Shown here piece by piece: positions 13,375 through 26,191 of a DNA stretch of 64,000 bases. Position 1 is the stretch's first letter. Each line of letters opens with the position of its first letter. Source of the stretch: Curvularia clavata (Eukaryota); assembly GCA_023920165.1 (NCBI GenBank), contig CP089275.1, positions 1,612,001-1,676,000 of the forward strand. The letters are read 5' to 3'. Both the position numbers and the translations under genes were made by a program. Under the pieces are notes generated by a model. It worked only from the letters and a program-made list of their open reading frames with translations. It was not told the origin of the DNA and did no database searches.

Positions 13375-14562
13375 ATGACACGTCCTAAGCGCAAAGCCCC
13401 TGACACTGGGGAATCGGCCACTTCCAGGCGGTCTAAGAGGCATGCTATGATTTCCAGCAGAACTCACCAAGAACCTGCGGCCGAGCGGAGAAAGACCCCA
13501 AAACGACCTGATGTGTACAAGAAGGCTGTCAAAAAAGAGGCTAAACGGCCTTCTGTGAATGTACACCGAAAGAGAAAGGCTGAGCCAAAGGTCGTGGATC
13601 CATCATCCAACACGCATCCCGCTGCTACATTCAAAACACCCAAGAACCCTCAAGCCACATTTGAAGGGATCCCTGCTGAGCTACGTGTAATGATCTACGA
13701 GTTTGCATCCCAATCAACCATGATCCACGTGCACATGCACCTGGAAGACTACAAACCATTTACTGGTATCCATGACTTGGCCAATGCAGTTTTAAAATTC
13801 TCCTGGACACCATGTCGGGGAACGAATCCTAAGAGCCCCCTTCTCTGTGCAAACCCAAAGTGGTCGGCCATGTGCAAGGAAGAAGACCGCTGCACACACA
13901 AGCTCACAGCGCCTCCTGAGCCTCGAGGCTTCTGGGCCCTCATAGCATCTAACAAGGTCATCCGTCGCGAAGCCAAAGCGCCCTGTCTGCGCAACACTGT
14001 CATATCCATTGGCCCTTATGAGCTTGGAAGGTGGTTCTGTCATCTCGTCGAATATGCGCCCAGCCATATCGAACAAATCCGTCGTATCACGATAGCTGGT
14101 CCAGACATATACCACATCGCCGACTTTGGAATGAAAACACTAAAAAATTGCTTTGCTAGCATCGAAAGTGTTGGATATCAATGCTTTAGTCCATTCCGCC
14201 GCTGGACAAAACATCGGCGCAACGGACAATGGGTCATTTCAAATCATGCATGGAGGGACTGGGCAGGCCTAGATTTGAACGCTCACTTTGATCCTTCTGT
14301 AGACTTTGTGTTTGAGGCGCTCGTATGGCTAGATCCTAAGGAACTTCTGCCGTTTAAACCAGTAGGTCCCGAACACATGACTGCGGTTCGGGTCTTCGGT
14401 CGGGGAACAAAAGATGTGTATGATATTGAGATGCTGAGGGATATGGATCTCGCATGGAAAACAGAGACTTTAGACTGCAGTCCATTGCCTGTTCCACAGA
14501 GAGGTGCCTTGTGGAGAAATTGGTGGCGTACAAAAGAGGTAGAAACGTTTTTTTATTGGTAA
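13375..14562 (+). CDS. Hypothetical protein with basic N-terminus and F-box-like motif
   Basis: 395-aa ORF with NLS-like K/R stretches and the F-box-like motif TFEGIPAELRVMIYEFA typical of lineage-expanded ascomycete proteins. Confidence 0.7.
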   Translation: MTRPKRKAPDTGESATSRRSKRHAMISSRTHQEPAAERRKTPKRPDVYKKAVKKEAKRPSVNVHRKRKAEPKVVDPSSNTHPAATFKTPKNPQATFEGIPAELRVMIYEFASQSTMIHVHMHLEDYKPFTGIHDLANAVLKFSWTPCRGTNPKSPLLCANPKWSAMCKEEDRCTHKLTAPPEPRGFWALIASNKVIRREAKAPCLRNTVISIGPYELGRWFCHLVEYAPSHIEQIRRITIAGPDIYHIADFGMKTLKNCFASIESVGYQCFSPFRRWTKHRRNGQWVISNHAWRDWAGLDLNAHFDPSVDFVFEALVWLDPKELLPFKPVGPEHMTAVRVFGRGTKDVYDIEMLRDMDLAWKTETLDCSPLPVPQRGALWRNWWRTKEVETFFYW

Positions 14563-14855
14563 GAGCGGCAAGACATTTGCTTGGTATGAACTGGGGATTC
14601 CCAGCAGGCACAGATACACATCTACGACACGTTGATATTTTACTAACACATAGCTTGCTTCGGAAAGGCTGGTGTAGGTAATGGCGAACATGAATTGGGC
14701 TCTCGTAAAAGAGGATATCATAATCATCTACTCAGAAGTAATGTAGCCAACCACCAACATGCTAGATTGCATCAAACCTTCCATCACATCGTCGCACCAT
14801 AAGTACATACTGACTCTACAATCATGATGCAGAACCAAGTTTTACATTTGTAAAC

Positions 14856-17800
14856 TTAAAAGGCCCCGACAACCTTCTTGACTGTCCTCCGCATGCCCTC
14901 TCCCGTAATTTGCACTGCGCCCTCTAGTTCTGCAGTTCGTAGCACCTCAAGGAACTCCTGGTTTTCCACCTGTTCGCTCGCGCCCTCTCGGATATTCTTC
15001 ATGAGGTCGCTCAGTCGTACGCTCTGGCCAGCAGAGCCAAGCTCATCGAGCGAAGTCATGACCGCACGCTTCAGGTCCTCCTTTCTGCGCCTGTCGCTGG
15101 TTGAAGTGCCCTCGGTAAGGAGCGACATATCAATCAATCCCGTGCGTGCATCAGTAGCTGCCTGCTTGAGCGCCGACTTGATGAGGCGGACAGCTTCGTG
15201 AACGTCATCCGCCGTGACCTCTTCAGAAAGACGCATCTTGGCGTGGGCTTCCGAAAGACGGATCATCGACTCAAGCTGACGGGTGGTTGCAGTGATTCTG
15301 CGTTCTTGCGAGCGGACATCAGCACCAAGTGCGCGCATAGCAACATATGCATCTACGAGCGCTTTTGATGCAGGCTCAGTAATCTTTGGGTGGATATTGG
15401 TGCGCGCATAAGAGATGTAGGCAGTCAGGAATTCAATAGGCAACACTTCGTTCTTTGCAGCGTTCTCGGGTGTATCTTCAAGATACATGCCGACCAAGTG
15501 CCGGGCCATGCGACGGTCATTTTGCTCATCGATACGGTCCAAAACGAGGTAGACGAGATCGAAACGCGAGAGCAAGGTGGGCGGAAGATCGATGTTCTGT
15601 GGAACTGGGAGGTTGACGTTGTACTTTGAGCCAATGGGATTGGCAGACGCCAGGATCGAGGTACGAGCATTCAGGGTTGTGATAATGCCAGCTTTGGCGA
15701 TAGAGACTGTCTGCTGCTCCATGACTTCGTGCAGGACGGATCGTGTAGCTTCTGACATCTTGTCGAACTCATCGATACAGCAAACACCACCGTCAGACAG
15801 TACGAGAGCACCGGATTCGAGCACCAGCTGTCGAGTCTCAGGATCGCGGGTGACGTATGCAGTCAGACCAACAGCAGAAGATCCCTTTCCGGACGTATAC
15901 ACTCCGCGTGGTGCGATTCTGTGAACATACTGCAGAATCTGAGATTTGGCTGTGGATGGATCACCACACAGTAGAACGTTGATGTCGCCACGGTACTTTG
16001 GACTGCCGCCCTTCTCGAACTGCTTGTTCGTACCACCAAAAAGCTGAAGTAGGATACCCTTCTTGACGTCCTCCATCTCATAGATACTGGGGGCAAGCGA
16101 CCGAGAAAGGAGCTCATAGACGTCGGGACGAGCACCAGTGGCTTTGATCTTCTCCTCCTCTTCCTCGGTGACTTTGCGTGTTTCTTCCAGGTCACCAGCG
16201 GCATGCTCTGCAAGCTCTTCCTCAATGGTTGATACATCAATGCCAAGTCGCTTCTTGTCAACCTTTTGTATATGCAACGCATCGACATAGGTCTTGAAGA
16301 TGTTCTTGACCGATCGTTGTCGTGGGTTAACGCGAACCTGGTTGCACTTAAAGATACCGGTAATCTCTACACGGTCACCGGCTTTGCAGACATCGACAAG
16401 CTCATCGTACGCGCACAAAGAAACTGAGTGCGGGGTTTGACCATCTGGCATATCGTCTGGGGTTTCTTGTAGTTTGATGACCTGCTTGTTGGCAAATCCG
16501 GAGCGGTTATGCACGATCTGCATCGAGTTTGGCGACTCGCACACCGCACGCGGACACTTGGTAGGCTCGGTGATCTTACCGCGGTCAATATCCACCCTGA
16601 CCGTATGGTTACACACAGAGCAGCGGAAAAAGGCTAGTGATGTTAGCGAGGAGCGATGATGCGTTTACCAGCCAACTTACCATCTTTCATATCAGGGATG
16701 ATCGGGGTAGTCCTGATGACCAGACCTTTCACGCTGACAAGTTTGTCCATGTCACCAGGGTTTAGCTCACGCAGATTAATCGTCTTGTCCAACCCAAACG
16801 GCCTGACGTTGTACGTCTTTTGATCGACTTCAGCGACCAGATTAGGAATCTCTGGGAATGGAGCAGGAGACGGAGCACCAGGCGTAGGTGCATCGGAGCT
16901 TATCATTGGTGGTAGAGAACTAGCATCGCGAGCTCTGGATTGAGCACCGCGCTGCTGCGAAAGCTGAGTTCGCATCTCCGCCATTCGCTTCTCGGCAAGT
17001 TCCAGCATAGTGTCCTTTATAGCAACATCCATGATAGGAATAATCTCGTTGGGGTACGCTTGCAATTGGTGCCAAAGCTTCCTTGTGGGTGGGTAGGCTT
17101 TCAAGTTGCGGGCATCCAAGTTCAATGGCGTGACACCAAGCTCGAGCATCATCTTCATGAGATCGACATACTCCCGAGCCATGCCTGGGTGGTTGGGTGG
17201 AAGATTCATGCCTTCCTCGAGTTCGCCGTCCTGGATCATGCGATATTTCTTCTGGAAGTTCATAAGGAAGTCCCTCATTGCATGGCGAGCGTCCACAAGA
17301 GACACATTGGTTCCCCAAATGACTCGTGAAGAGTTCCCACCTAGCACGTCGGCGTCTGAAGTATCCGGGTTGATATTGGAGAAGGTCGCTGCATCTGAGG
17401 CATCCTGGACGGGCATACCATTCTCGTCGACAAACAATCGGCGGCGGCGGTTGGTAGAGCTGGTTCCAAAGACATCAGAATGAACGTCATTGCGTCGACT
17501 ACGGGCTGCAGCCTCTGAGCCACGGACAAAGAGGGCGCTGCTACTGCTGCCAGGGATATTGCTCTGTCCATTGCGGGCTCGTCCAGGGCTAGAGCTCGAT
17601 GCATAATGAATTGGCGACGAGTCTGACCATATTAGCCATAGTCATTCATTGACTAGTGTTTTCTTTCCATACCTCCAATATTCATGGCCGAAGCCTTTGG
17701 TGTCGCACCACCATCGCTCTCATCAGCGCCATTCGCAGCTCCTGAGCCCGAAGGGTTTGCAGGCGAGGAGCGAAAGAAGAGAGGCGATTGAGTGGAAGCC

Positions 17801-17985
17801 GTTTGGAATCGTGCATTCCTCGGGGTTGCGTGCAGTCCACGCTGTGAAGCCTCGGACTGGAGTTGTTCGTCTGGACCTTCTGGTGCTGGACTCGACTGCA
17901 TCTGAGAATTTTGGCCCCGGGCACTTCTTCGTGGGGTGGCCGAAGCCGGCGTGCGCTGAGAGCGACGCTGCGGTGGGGAAGACAT
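14856..17985 (-). CDS. MCM4: DNA replication licensing factor MCM4
   Basis: Walker A GDPSTAKSQ, CCIDEFDKM, arginine finger LLSRFDL, IWGTN N-domain and C4 zinc motif. Introns 17623-17672 and 16634-16680. Confidence 0.97.
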
Positions 17986-18076
17986 TGTTGGGGCGCTCTA
18001 TGCGGCAGCCAGGGTGAATGTGTTGATGTATCGAGGGGTTGCCGGGGAGGTGGGTTTATCGCGCCTGCTCCTGTGG

Positions 18077-18091
18077 ACGCGTGGGACGCGT
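18077..18091. promoter_or_regulatory. Tandem MluI cell-cycle boxes (MCB, ACGCGT x2)
   Basis: ACGCGT at 18077-18082 and 18086-18091, about 90-105 bp upstream of the MCM4 ATG. MCBs are the known MBF sites of G1/S replication genes in fungi. Confidence 0.65.
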
Positions 18092-18442
18092 TCTGGTCTA
18101 GTCCGCAAAGGGATGATTAAGTGGTCTTGGCATTATACATGTCTTCTCAGCTACACAGAATTGACAGAGACTATGAGAAAGTATAGGTTCATGAAAGGAC
18201 ATAATGTCTGGTTTTATGTCTCTGCAATGTTTTTGCTGTCTTGGTGTCGATACACAGAAGCTACCTCGTAGACCAGGCCAGTGGGGCAGTTTAGCCCCGC
18301 CATCAAACGAGCCCTTTCAGTAGGCAACAATAAAAGCTCTTGACGTATAAAGCCAGCGCTCTTGACATACAAAAGACGGACGGTCTCTTCAATTGATTCC
18401 AACCTTGCTCAGTTTCCTACACATAACTGTCAAACATCTGCC

Positions 18443-18914
18443 ATGGCCCCTCCATCCAAGCTCGCTATAGCAACCGGCGTCGTGCTCCGCTTGGTGAAGG
18501 AAGAAGCAAGCTACCACAAGGAAATTGAACAACAAGAAGCACGCGTTAAGAAGGCCGAGGCCAATCAGCATGAACACAATGGCGAATATACGCTCAAGCA
18601 AGAGGTAGATGGCATCTCCGCTCCCAATTTCTCACCAATACCAGATGATTAGACACTAACCCCAATGCAGCGCCAAGCCCTCCAGGAGACAAAGAACGTC
18701 CTTCCAGGCATGAAGATCAAGATTGAGCAGGCGCTTGAGAAGCTGCAAGAAGAGCTTGTAAGTCAGGAGATCGGCCAATCGCATAAGAGACATATTGCTC
18801 ATCAGAATTTAGGAGAACAACAAGGATGCTGGTGGCGAGGCTTCAACTGAGGAGGTCACCAAGGCGAAGGAGGCTATCGAGAAGGGAAAGGCTGCCTTGG
18901 TCGAGGCTTCTTAA
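18443..18914 (+). CDS. TBCA: Tubulin-binding cofactor A (TBCA/Rbl2)
   Basis: MAPPSKLAIATGVVLRLVKEEASYHKE...NGEYTLKQE|RQALQETKNVLP. Introns 18605-18670 and 18758-18812. Confidence 0.9.
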
Positions 18915-19026
18915 ATTCGTATTCATCCTACATCTTCCAAGTCGCCCACAAATGATGAAGACATGATTGATACCCTAAACACCGCGCTATGCAAGTAAAT
19001 CATCAGAGAAGAGAGTCCACATGTGA

Positions 19027-20122
19027 TCACGATTCATCCATCTTGTTTGACGGTCGGTCCCCATCATCCTCTCCGTCTTCCAAGTCCTCACCCTCTTCCA
19101 ACTCGTCAGAATCATCTCCATTGACATCGCCAGAGTTCGCTCCCAAATCTGCCATGTCGGTGTCCTCTGCAGCACCGGATCTGGCAGAGGGCGCTACACT
19201 AACATCTCGCGACAGAGGCTTCAGTCGATCCTGCGGCTGTACTCGCAACGATGACCCTTCTCCGCCCTGGCTAGGGTGTGCAGGCGTCATACCACCATCC
19301 GGCCGTGGGGTACCAACATGACTGGCATCCCCCCTAGACATACTTCCATCGCCCTCGCCATCCTCATCGCCGTCCTTCATCATGCCCTCCTTGCGCTCAG
19401 CCTCTTCCTTTTCGTCCTTGATCATGCGCAGCATTCCTCTTGCCTCTTCTTCAATGCGGCCAAATTGTGTGCGCCGCTCGCTCCAGGTATCCTTTGCTGA
19501 CTGCACTTCGTGTTCGAGCTCCCGAATCTCTTGGTCTAGCTTTATGTGCGCATGTGCTTGCTCGTCGCGCGGCTTCAACATCTTGGAGCTTGTGATTTTC
19601 TCCGTCAGCTCGTCATAGGTCTTGCGCACGGCCAGTGTTTCTTTAGCTTCGACCAGCCGAACGCGAAGATCCTCAATGGTCTTGCGGACATGTTCCTGCT
19701 TAGCCTCAATAGCTGTCTTGTCTACGGCATATCGCTCGCGCTCTGTGTGGTTGCTGTTTGTCGTGAACTCGGCGCGCAGGATTGCAAAGTCAAGTAGCGA
19801 AAGCTCGTTCATGATATCCTTGCGCCATATCTCGATATTGTGCGCTTGCTGTTCCCGCTCGACGTTGAGCGCAGCCGCTTCTTCCTCGGCGGCCGTAGCA
19901 TCTGGCGGCGGGGAGGGGAGTTGTTTTGGGCGCGCGTCATCAAAGAAGCCAGGCTTGAGCAAGCGACCAGCGGCATTTGTATATGGGCGGGCTTCGACTG
20001 CCAAAAGGCGCGACACGTTATGGAGTGCATCTGCTCAAGTCAGCCAGGCTCACTGAAGATGGGTGAGAGATCATTATACCTTCGTCTGCTTGCGACAACA
20101 AGCCCCAGTCTTTGGACGCCAT
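19027..20122 (-). CDS. THOC7: THO complex subunit 7 / Mft1-like
   Basis: MASKDWGLLSQADE|DALHNVSRLLAVEARPY (intron 20031-20079); coiled coil with NHTERERYA and RKTYDELTEKI; acidic tail. Confidence 0.85.
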
Positions 20123-20226
20123 GGTTTTGGTACAGCAGCGCGAATGCGTGGAAGTTGGTGTCGCTGTTTAGCGGTTGCGGCTTTCAAAGGTGCGGTGTCG
20201 CAGTCGAACAATGGATTGCAGCGTTT

Positions 20227-20278
20227 GGCAGGGGTCTGGACTAGCGCCAGGACTCACCCGACGTCAGACACGCGCCTT
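20227..20278 (+). repeat. 52-bp dispersed direct repeat, copy 1 (THOC7 promoter)
   Basis: GGCAGGGGTCTGGACTAGCGCCAGGACTCACCCGACGTCAGACACGCGCCTT; 49/52 identical to 26140-26191. Confidence 0.95.
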
Positions 20279-21164
20279 TTGGTGTACCGAAATTATCGGA
20301 TAAAATCATCTGAACAAAACTGCTAGTTCATGGTCAAGATCATCATAAGTTAGATCTCGCGTGAGCAATTTTCTAGATTTAGAGATATTTGTATCTGCCT
20401 CAGGTCTCTTGGAGCAGAAAAGTGTGTTTTGTCAGAGTTATGATAGAAGCAATATTATTCCAGCCATTCCGAGACACCACGAGACCGGTCTTCTTGACAG
20501 TTGGATTTAAAGACACTTTTATCCAGCTGTTTGAAAGCAAATCATGCTGGGAATCAATTGGTGATAGTTTATAGCTGCTGATTCTTTTTTTTTTATTACA
20601 GTACTACCTTGTAGAGAAAATGGTTGGCAAAACGAGGTACGCCGCCGTTATAATCAAACTACTAGTGAGATCGGATCAATGTCAACAGGACAGAAAACTG
20701 GAGGCCGACCAAATCTATTATTTGCGTAAACCATTGCTAGTATCAGCCAGACATGTGCACCGCGGACAATCAAATCTGATCTGACTACGAACCATAAAAT
20801 GTCCGTAGGTTGAAAGCCAGTTCATGGATTACTCTATAGCTCCACCCGGCACAGCGCAAGAGACAGCATGGATTTCAATATTCTAGGAAAACACTCTCTG
20901 CGTACATGTGGATGGTCGACCAGAGCCTCGAATAGGGGATGTGTGCGGAAGTCTGTCCGAATTTCTCTGGTGTCAGTATCCACCCACAGAGCACTTTTCC
21001 AATGCAGAACACATGAATAGCCAGAGGTGATTTGAGACGCTATAGGCATCCTTGCTATTTACATATGTACGATAACTGCATAACATACATTAAGAGAGTA
21101 AAGTTAGCTCGTATTATAACCTTATAGTTATCCCATAGTAGAGCACAGCATCGGTACATCTTGA

Positions 21165-21882
21165 TTATGAGGCTTCGGATTTGGCCGGCCTCCGCATGAG
21201 CTACACGAAAAATTAGCTTCGCAATGCAATAATTCAGACACAAACTTACGATCAGCTTAATCTGCTCTGTCCCACCCCACTTCCTCAAATCCAAGTCCAA
21301 ATCCTTAACTCGCTGAAAGCCATGCCTGGCATACAGCGGCGCACCCATAGGGCTCGCCTCTAGGTACGCCTCTACATCTGCTTCGTCGGCCTTCTCGCAC
21401 CCCCAGCGCACTAGCATGCCCCCCGCGCCTCTTCTTTCATGCTCCTGCTTCACGACTAGTGTATCCAGCACATAGTGCGGCCTCGTCTGCAGTATCTCCC
21501 TCTTGTTCTCGTTAATCAGCCCAAAAACTTCTTTCCACATATCTGGATCACTTTCATCAAATGGCTCGGGAATGGTAAGCCCAGCATCGACTTCTTCCCA
21601 TGTGCGTTCTTTGGCTCCTTCTTGCTCGGGCTTAACGTAGCGCCAGCGTGCACCGGCAATCATCTCCCCTGTGGTGGTGTCGACGCATTTGAGAAAGATA
21701 ACACCTTTTGCCAACAACTCGCGTATGTCGTTGGTCACTTTATCGAGTGTCTTTTGAGAGGGCTCGCCTCGGCTATAGAGAATATGGTTGACAGTCGGGC
21801 GAAAGACTTCATGGCGGATGCGCATGTACAACTCTGCTTCGTCAGGCTTGAGAAGGGATACCTCCAGACTAGATGAAGTCAT
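21165..21882 (-). CDS. GNAT family N-acetyltransferase
   Basis: Acetyl-CoA-binding motif LVVKQEHERRGAGGML and YLEASPMGAPLYARHGF. Intron 21201-21249 gives the C-terminus LMRRPAKSEAS*. Confidence 0.88.
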
Positions 21883-22432
21883 TTTGGCGAAGGGCTCGGC
21901 GCTGAGGAATCTGATGTCGTTCGAAATGGGATTATAGACAAAGTGAGTCAAAGTCAAGACTTTAATGCAAATAGCCTGAGGATGTTGTGTCTACTTATCC
22001 CGTCACCAACCCACACCCCGTGATGACTCACACCGAAACTTGCCTTGTTCAGTATAAGTGTTGCCTGGAGTGCCTTATTGAACCGCAGGATTGCGCCCTC
22101 TTGCGCCCTTCTGCCGCAATTCTGCGTCGTGGGGTACGTAGGCCTACTGTCTATTGGTTGACATTTCTTCAAGCAACGTTACATCCGCACATTTGCAAGG
22201 CAAATATTTCTAAGACACTAACGAACCAACCTCTCTGCCTAAAAATGGAGAGGTATAACGAAAGGACATGCCACAGGTTCGGCAATAAGACTAGCGGGAC
22301 GGATAAGCCGATGGGAGTGTTGGTCGCGTTCGCTAATCCCAGTCGCGTGTCTGGCTGATCCCTGCAACAATTTTCTCGACATCAGTTTTGCGACCATCCG
22401 TCTAGAACTCTTCGCATCCACAACCCACGGCA

Positions 22433-24476
22433 ATGGCACCCGCAACGACGATTCCGCACAAGTCTGGGGGACACCAGCGATTTCCGCCTCCAAAATCAGA
22501 TGCCGCGACAAGACACCAAGCAGACCTCACTGCTGGCGACAGAGATGCAGAGGCCGGCGCATTGCAGCGGGTGAACGAATCGCAACAAGACGATGATTTC
22601 GAAGGGTTCGGCACAGAGGGGGAAGAAGAGAACGATGGAGCTCAAGGAAGCGACAGTGATGAGGAGAGCATACATATTCAGTTGGACCAGAAGCTACAGG
22701 AAAAGCCTGTATTGCCCAAAGATGCCGAAGAAGAGGAGCTTGAGCGCATGATATTTGGCGACTCGGAAGGCTTCCGACAAGGAATAGAGAACTTCTCCTT
22801 GGGTCGCACAACCGGCACATATGACGACGCTTCGGACGAGTCGGGGGCGGAAGAGGCAGAACTCGATAATGTGGCAGACCAGGACTTGTTCTTTTTTGAC
22901 ACGGGCCCGGTCGCCGCGCCAGCAGGTGCTATTGCACCCAAGGCTGCAGAGGAGACGGACGATGAAGACGACAAGCCCGCGTGGGAAGACAGCGACGATG
23001 AAAGACTGGTGGTTAGTTTGGCATCGGTTCCCCAGCTGCGAAAACTGCGAGAAACAGCCGATGACGACATGGTCAACGGCAAGGAATATGCGCGGAGGTT
23101 ACGGAAACAGTACGAGAGGCTCTATCCCATGCCTGAATGGGCAGCGTATGCGTCAGGCAAGGCCAACAAGAAGCGGCGACGCACTATGGACGATGACGAG
23201 AGCGGAGACGAATCGGCTAGCGACATGGATGTTGATGACGATGACCTGTCTACACAGCCGCTTGCGAAGCTGCTGAAGGAAGCCGATATCCTTTCGCGGA
23301 CCTCTAGGAGCAGTGTCAAGCGAAGAAAGCTACAAGCAGGCACTATCGATATTCAGCGCCTCAAGGATGTTGCCAAAGCCGGACCGGTAAGCTACACAAG
23401 GCTGATGTATGATCGAATCAAGCTAACAATTCCTACAGTCCGCTATCACATCTTTGTCATTCCATCCTACCTACCCGTTACTACTCTCGTCAGGACCCAG
23501 TTCAACTCTGTACCTTCACCATGTCAACCCCAACCCGCCGAACCCGAATCCTTTGCTCACATCACTACACATCAAGCGCACGCCGCTTGTTACGACTGCA
23601 TTCCACCCGTCTGCATCAGATTCACGCATCTTCCTTAGCGCACGCCGCCGCTACTTCCATGTCTGGAATATTGCCACTGGCAGAGTGGAGAAGGTGTCGC
23701 GTGTGTACGGTCATCAGCACGAGCAACGCACTATGGAGTTCTTTGCGCTGTCACCAAACGGTAAATACATGGCTCTCCGTGGTTCTTCGAGGAAAGGTGG
23801 CGGTGTCATCAACGTTCTGGATGCCCGGACACTACAGTGGGCGACGCAGGTGCGAATTGAGTCGAGAGGTGGCATTGCGGACTTTGCGTGGTGGGGCGAC
23901 GGCACCGGTATGTGCATTGCGGGTAAGAATGGCGAGGTTACTGAATGGAGCGTCGAAGAGGGCGTCGTGGGACGATGGAACGATGAAGGCGCAGTGGGCA
24001 CCACGGTGATTGCGCTCGGCGGTAAGAGTGGGCGGGAGAACTGGCTAGGAGGTGATCGATGGGTGGCAGTTGGAAGCTCCAGTGGAGTGGTTAACATCTA
24101 TGACCGCCGAGCGTGGAGCGAGAACAATCCTACAGTCCATGGAGAGAAGGCAGACTCGAACGGCGGTATCCCCAGGGCACCAAAGCCATTGCGAGATCTT
24201 CAAAACCTCACGACACCAGTTTCACATCTCGCGTTCACCCCTGATGGCCAAGTCCTCGCCATGGCAAGCCGCTGGAAGCAAAACGCGTTGAGGCTAGTGC
24301 ATCTGCCCTCTGCTACTGTCTTCAAGAACTGGCCTACCCAGAAGACACCATTGGGTAGAATCACGGCTGTAGCATGGGGGAGACCGAGTGAAGATGAAGA
24401 GAAAGAGGGTAGTCTCGCACAGTTGGCGGTTGCCAATGAGGCCGGCCATATCAGGATGTGGGAAATAAGGGCTTAA
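22433..24476 (+). CDS. UTP18: U3 snoRNA-associated protein 18 (WD40)
   Basis: KDAEEEELERMIFGD, AWEDSDDERLVVSLA..LRKLR..EY..RLRKQYERLYPMPEWA and LRLVHLPSATVFKNWPT. Intron 23387-23438. Confidence 0.93.
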
Positions 24477-24952
24477 TTTTGGATCGCCGAAAAATAAAAG
24501 TACATCCCATCCGGAGAAGACCAGTTCTTGATGCGTCCAATGCCACTCACATCCGCTACGTATATCCATTCGCAGGCCTTCTGCCCCAATTCCGCCGCTT
24601 TGCATCGACGATTATCAAATACAAGTTTACAATTGCTGCAGCTTCAACGATTGCACCCACTCGAAGCGAAGTGATCGGCATCAGCAAACACATCTCTTTC
24701 CTTTCTGCAAATATATTGTATAACTCCGTTTGCACTCACCCAGTTTCCACCTCAGACACAGCAAGCACACTCCAGACACGCCTCGACTGCAAAACATCAT
24801 GTCTCAGACCATCCTCTACGACCCCCCCATCAACAGCCCTATTGAATAACGTTACGTCGCAGCCAACAATATCTGCACAACAGCCTACCACCATCATATC
24901 CACAGGTCCATGTCATAAGCACTGAACATATATTTCCCTTCTCTTCTAGAAC

Positions 24953-25642
24953 ATGGGCAAGAATAAAGCCAAGAACAAGAACAAAGCGAAGAACAGCAAG
25001 AAATCCAGTAACGAGAATGTCGCCCCAAAGCCACAGATGACACCACCCAAGGCCCAGGAAAAGAATGTCACGCAAACGGCTTCCGAAGCAAACGACTTTG
25101 GTGCTCGCAAGAGGACGGTAGCAGCCGAGAACAAAAACGAGACTACAGAGCCGCCATCGTTGACATCGCACGAAGAGAAATCGTCTGCGCAAGATCCAAT
25201 GCTGAAAGATGATCCAGCATACATGCCCAGGGTCAAACGCGACTCCGTCATATCAACCACATCCACTGCTCCGCAGCAAACTCCCCAAGCCCCAGCCAAA
25301 CCTCCGCCCCTCCGACGCTCACCCTTACGCACAAGGTTATGGCGCTGGCTGCGTGAATTCTGGCCCTTCCGCTTCGTCCGCTGGATATACCACTTTGTTC
25401 TTGCTCTGACGAGAGTGAATTGGAATGACCAACAGAGATTTGTCGATGGGGTTCTGACTTTGGGTCTTGCTGTGCTGATTGGGTTTGCGAGTTATATTGT
25501 GTTGGGGTCTTTTCATGCATCGCGGCTGTTGAGGCTATCCGCTTGGTTAGACTTTGGGAAACGGTTGGGGGGCTGGGTACATAGAGGTTTGGTTTATTGT
25601 TGGATTGGGGTAGAAGAGGTGCGTAGATGGTGGAGACAGTGA
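24953..25642 (+). CDS. Hypothetical protein with basic disordered N-terminus and hydrophobic, Trp-rich C-terminus
   Basis: 229-aa ORF with a predicted TM segment GVLTLGLAVLIGFASYIVLG; no recognised family. Confidence 0.55.
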   Translation: MGKNKAKNKNKAKNSKKSSNENVAPKPQMTPPKAQEKNVTQTASEANDFGARKRTVAAENKNETTEPPSLTSHEEKSSAQDPMLKDDPAYMPRVKRDSVISTTSTAPQQTPQAPAKPPPLRRSPLRTRLWRWLREFWPFRFVRWIYHFVLALTRVNWNDQQRFVDGVLTLGLAVLIGFASYIVLGSFHASRLLRLSAWLDFGKRLGGWVHRGLVYCWIGVEEVRRWWRQ

Positions 25643-26139
25643 TATAGTTTCACATCACTTTACGGGATTGGGACTTGACTGGCGTATGGTATACCACAAT
25701 TTTGTACTTGCCCAGAAGTGCGATAGCATTGATGCACTTCTCTCTGAAAGGGTACACGACACCAGCTATTCACGTTAGAAAACCTGGAGTTTTCGTCTCG
25801 TTAACGTGTAGAGCTCGTTTTTCATCCTGCTGCATCGTCTAAGGGGTTTTCTTATACAGATTTTGCAGTTTTATCTATATTCTACCATCTACTAGAGAGA
25901 CCCGTTGTACAAAACTCTTTTGCAACGAGCAAAACCAGATAATTGAAGCGAGCTATGGTCTGAAGACATTGACGTGATAAATAATGAATAATGATATTGC
26001 AAACTGAAATCACTTTTTAAATCAGAATTGGAAGTGCTGGGTCAATTTAAAGAAGTTTAGCTGTACCCAAAGGTAGTGATCTTGCTATGATATTGGGTGA
26101 TTTCGTAGGCCACCATTCGTTGATTTGGCTGGAACAACG

Positions 26140-26191
26140 GGCAGGGGTCTGGACTAGCGCCAGGGCCCACCCGACGTCAGACGCGCGCCTT
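26140..26191 (+). repeat. 52-bp dispersed direct repeat, copy 2 (Elongin A promoter)
   Basis: GGCAGGGGTCTGGACTAGCGCCAGGGCCCACCCGACGTCAGACGCGCGCCTT; 3 mismatches to copy 1. Confidence 0.95.
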
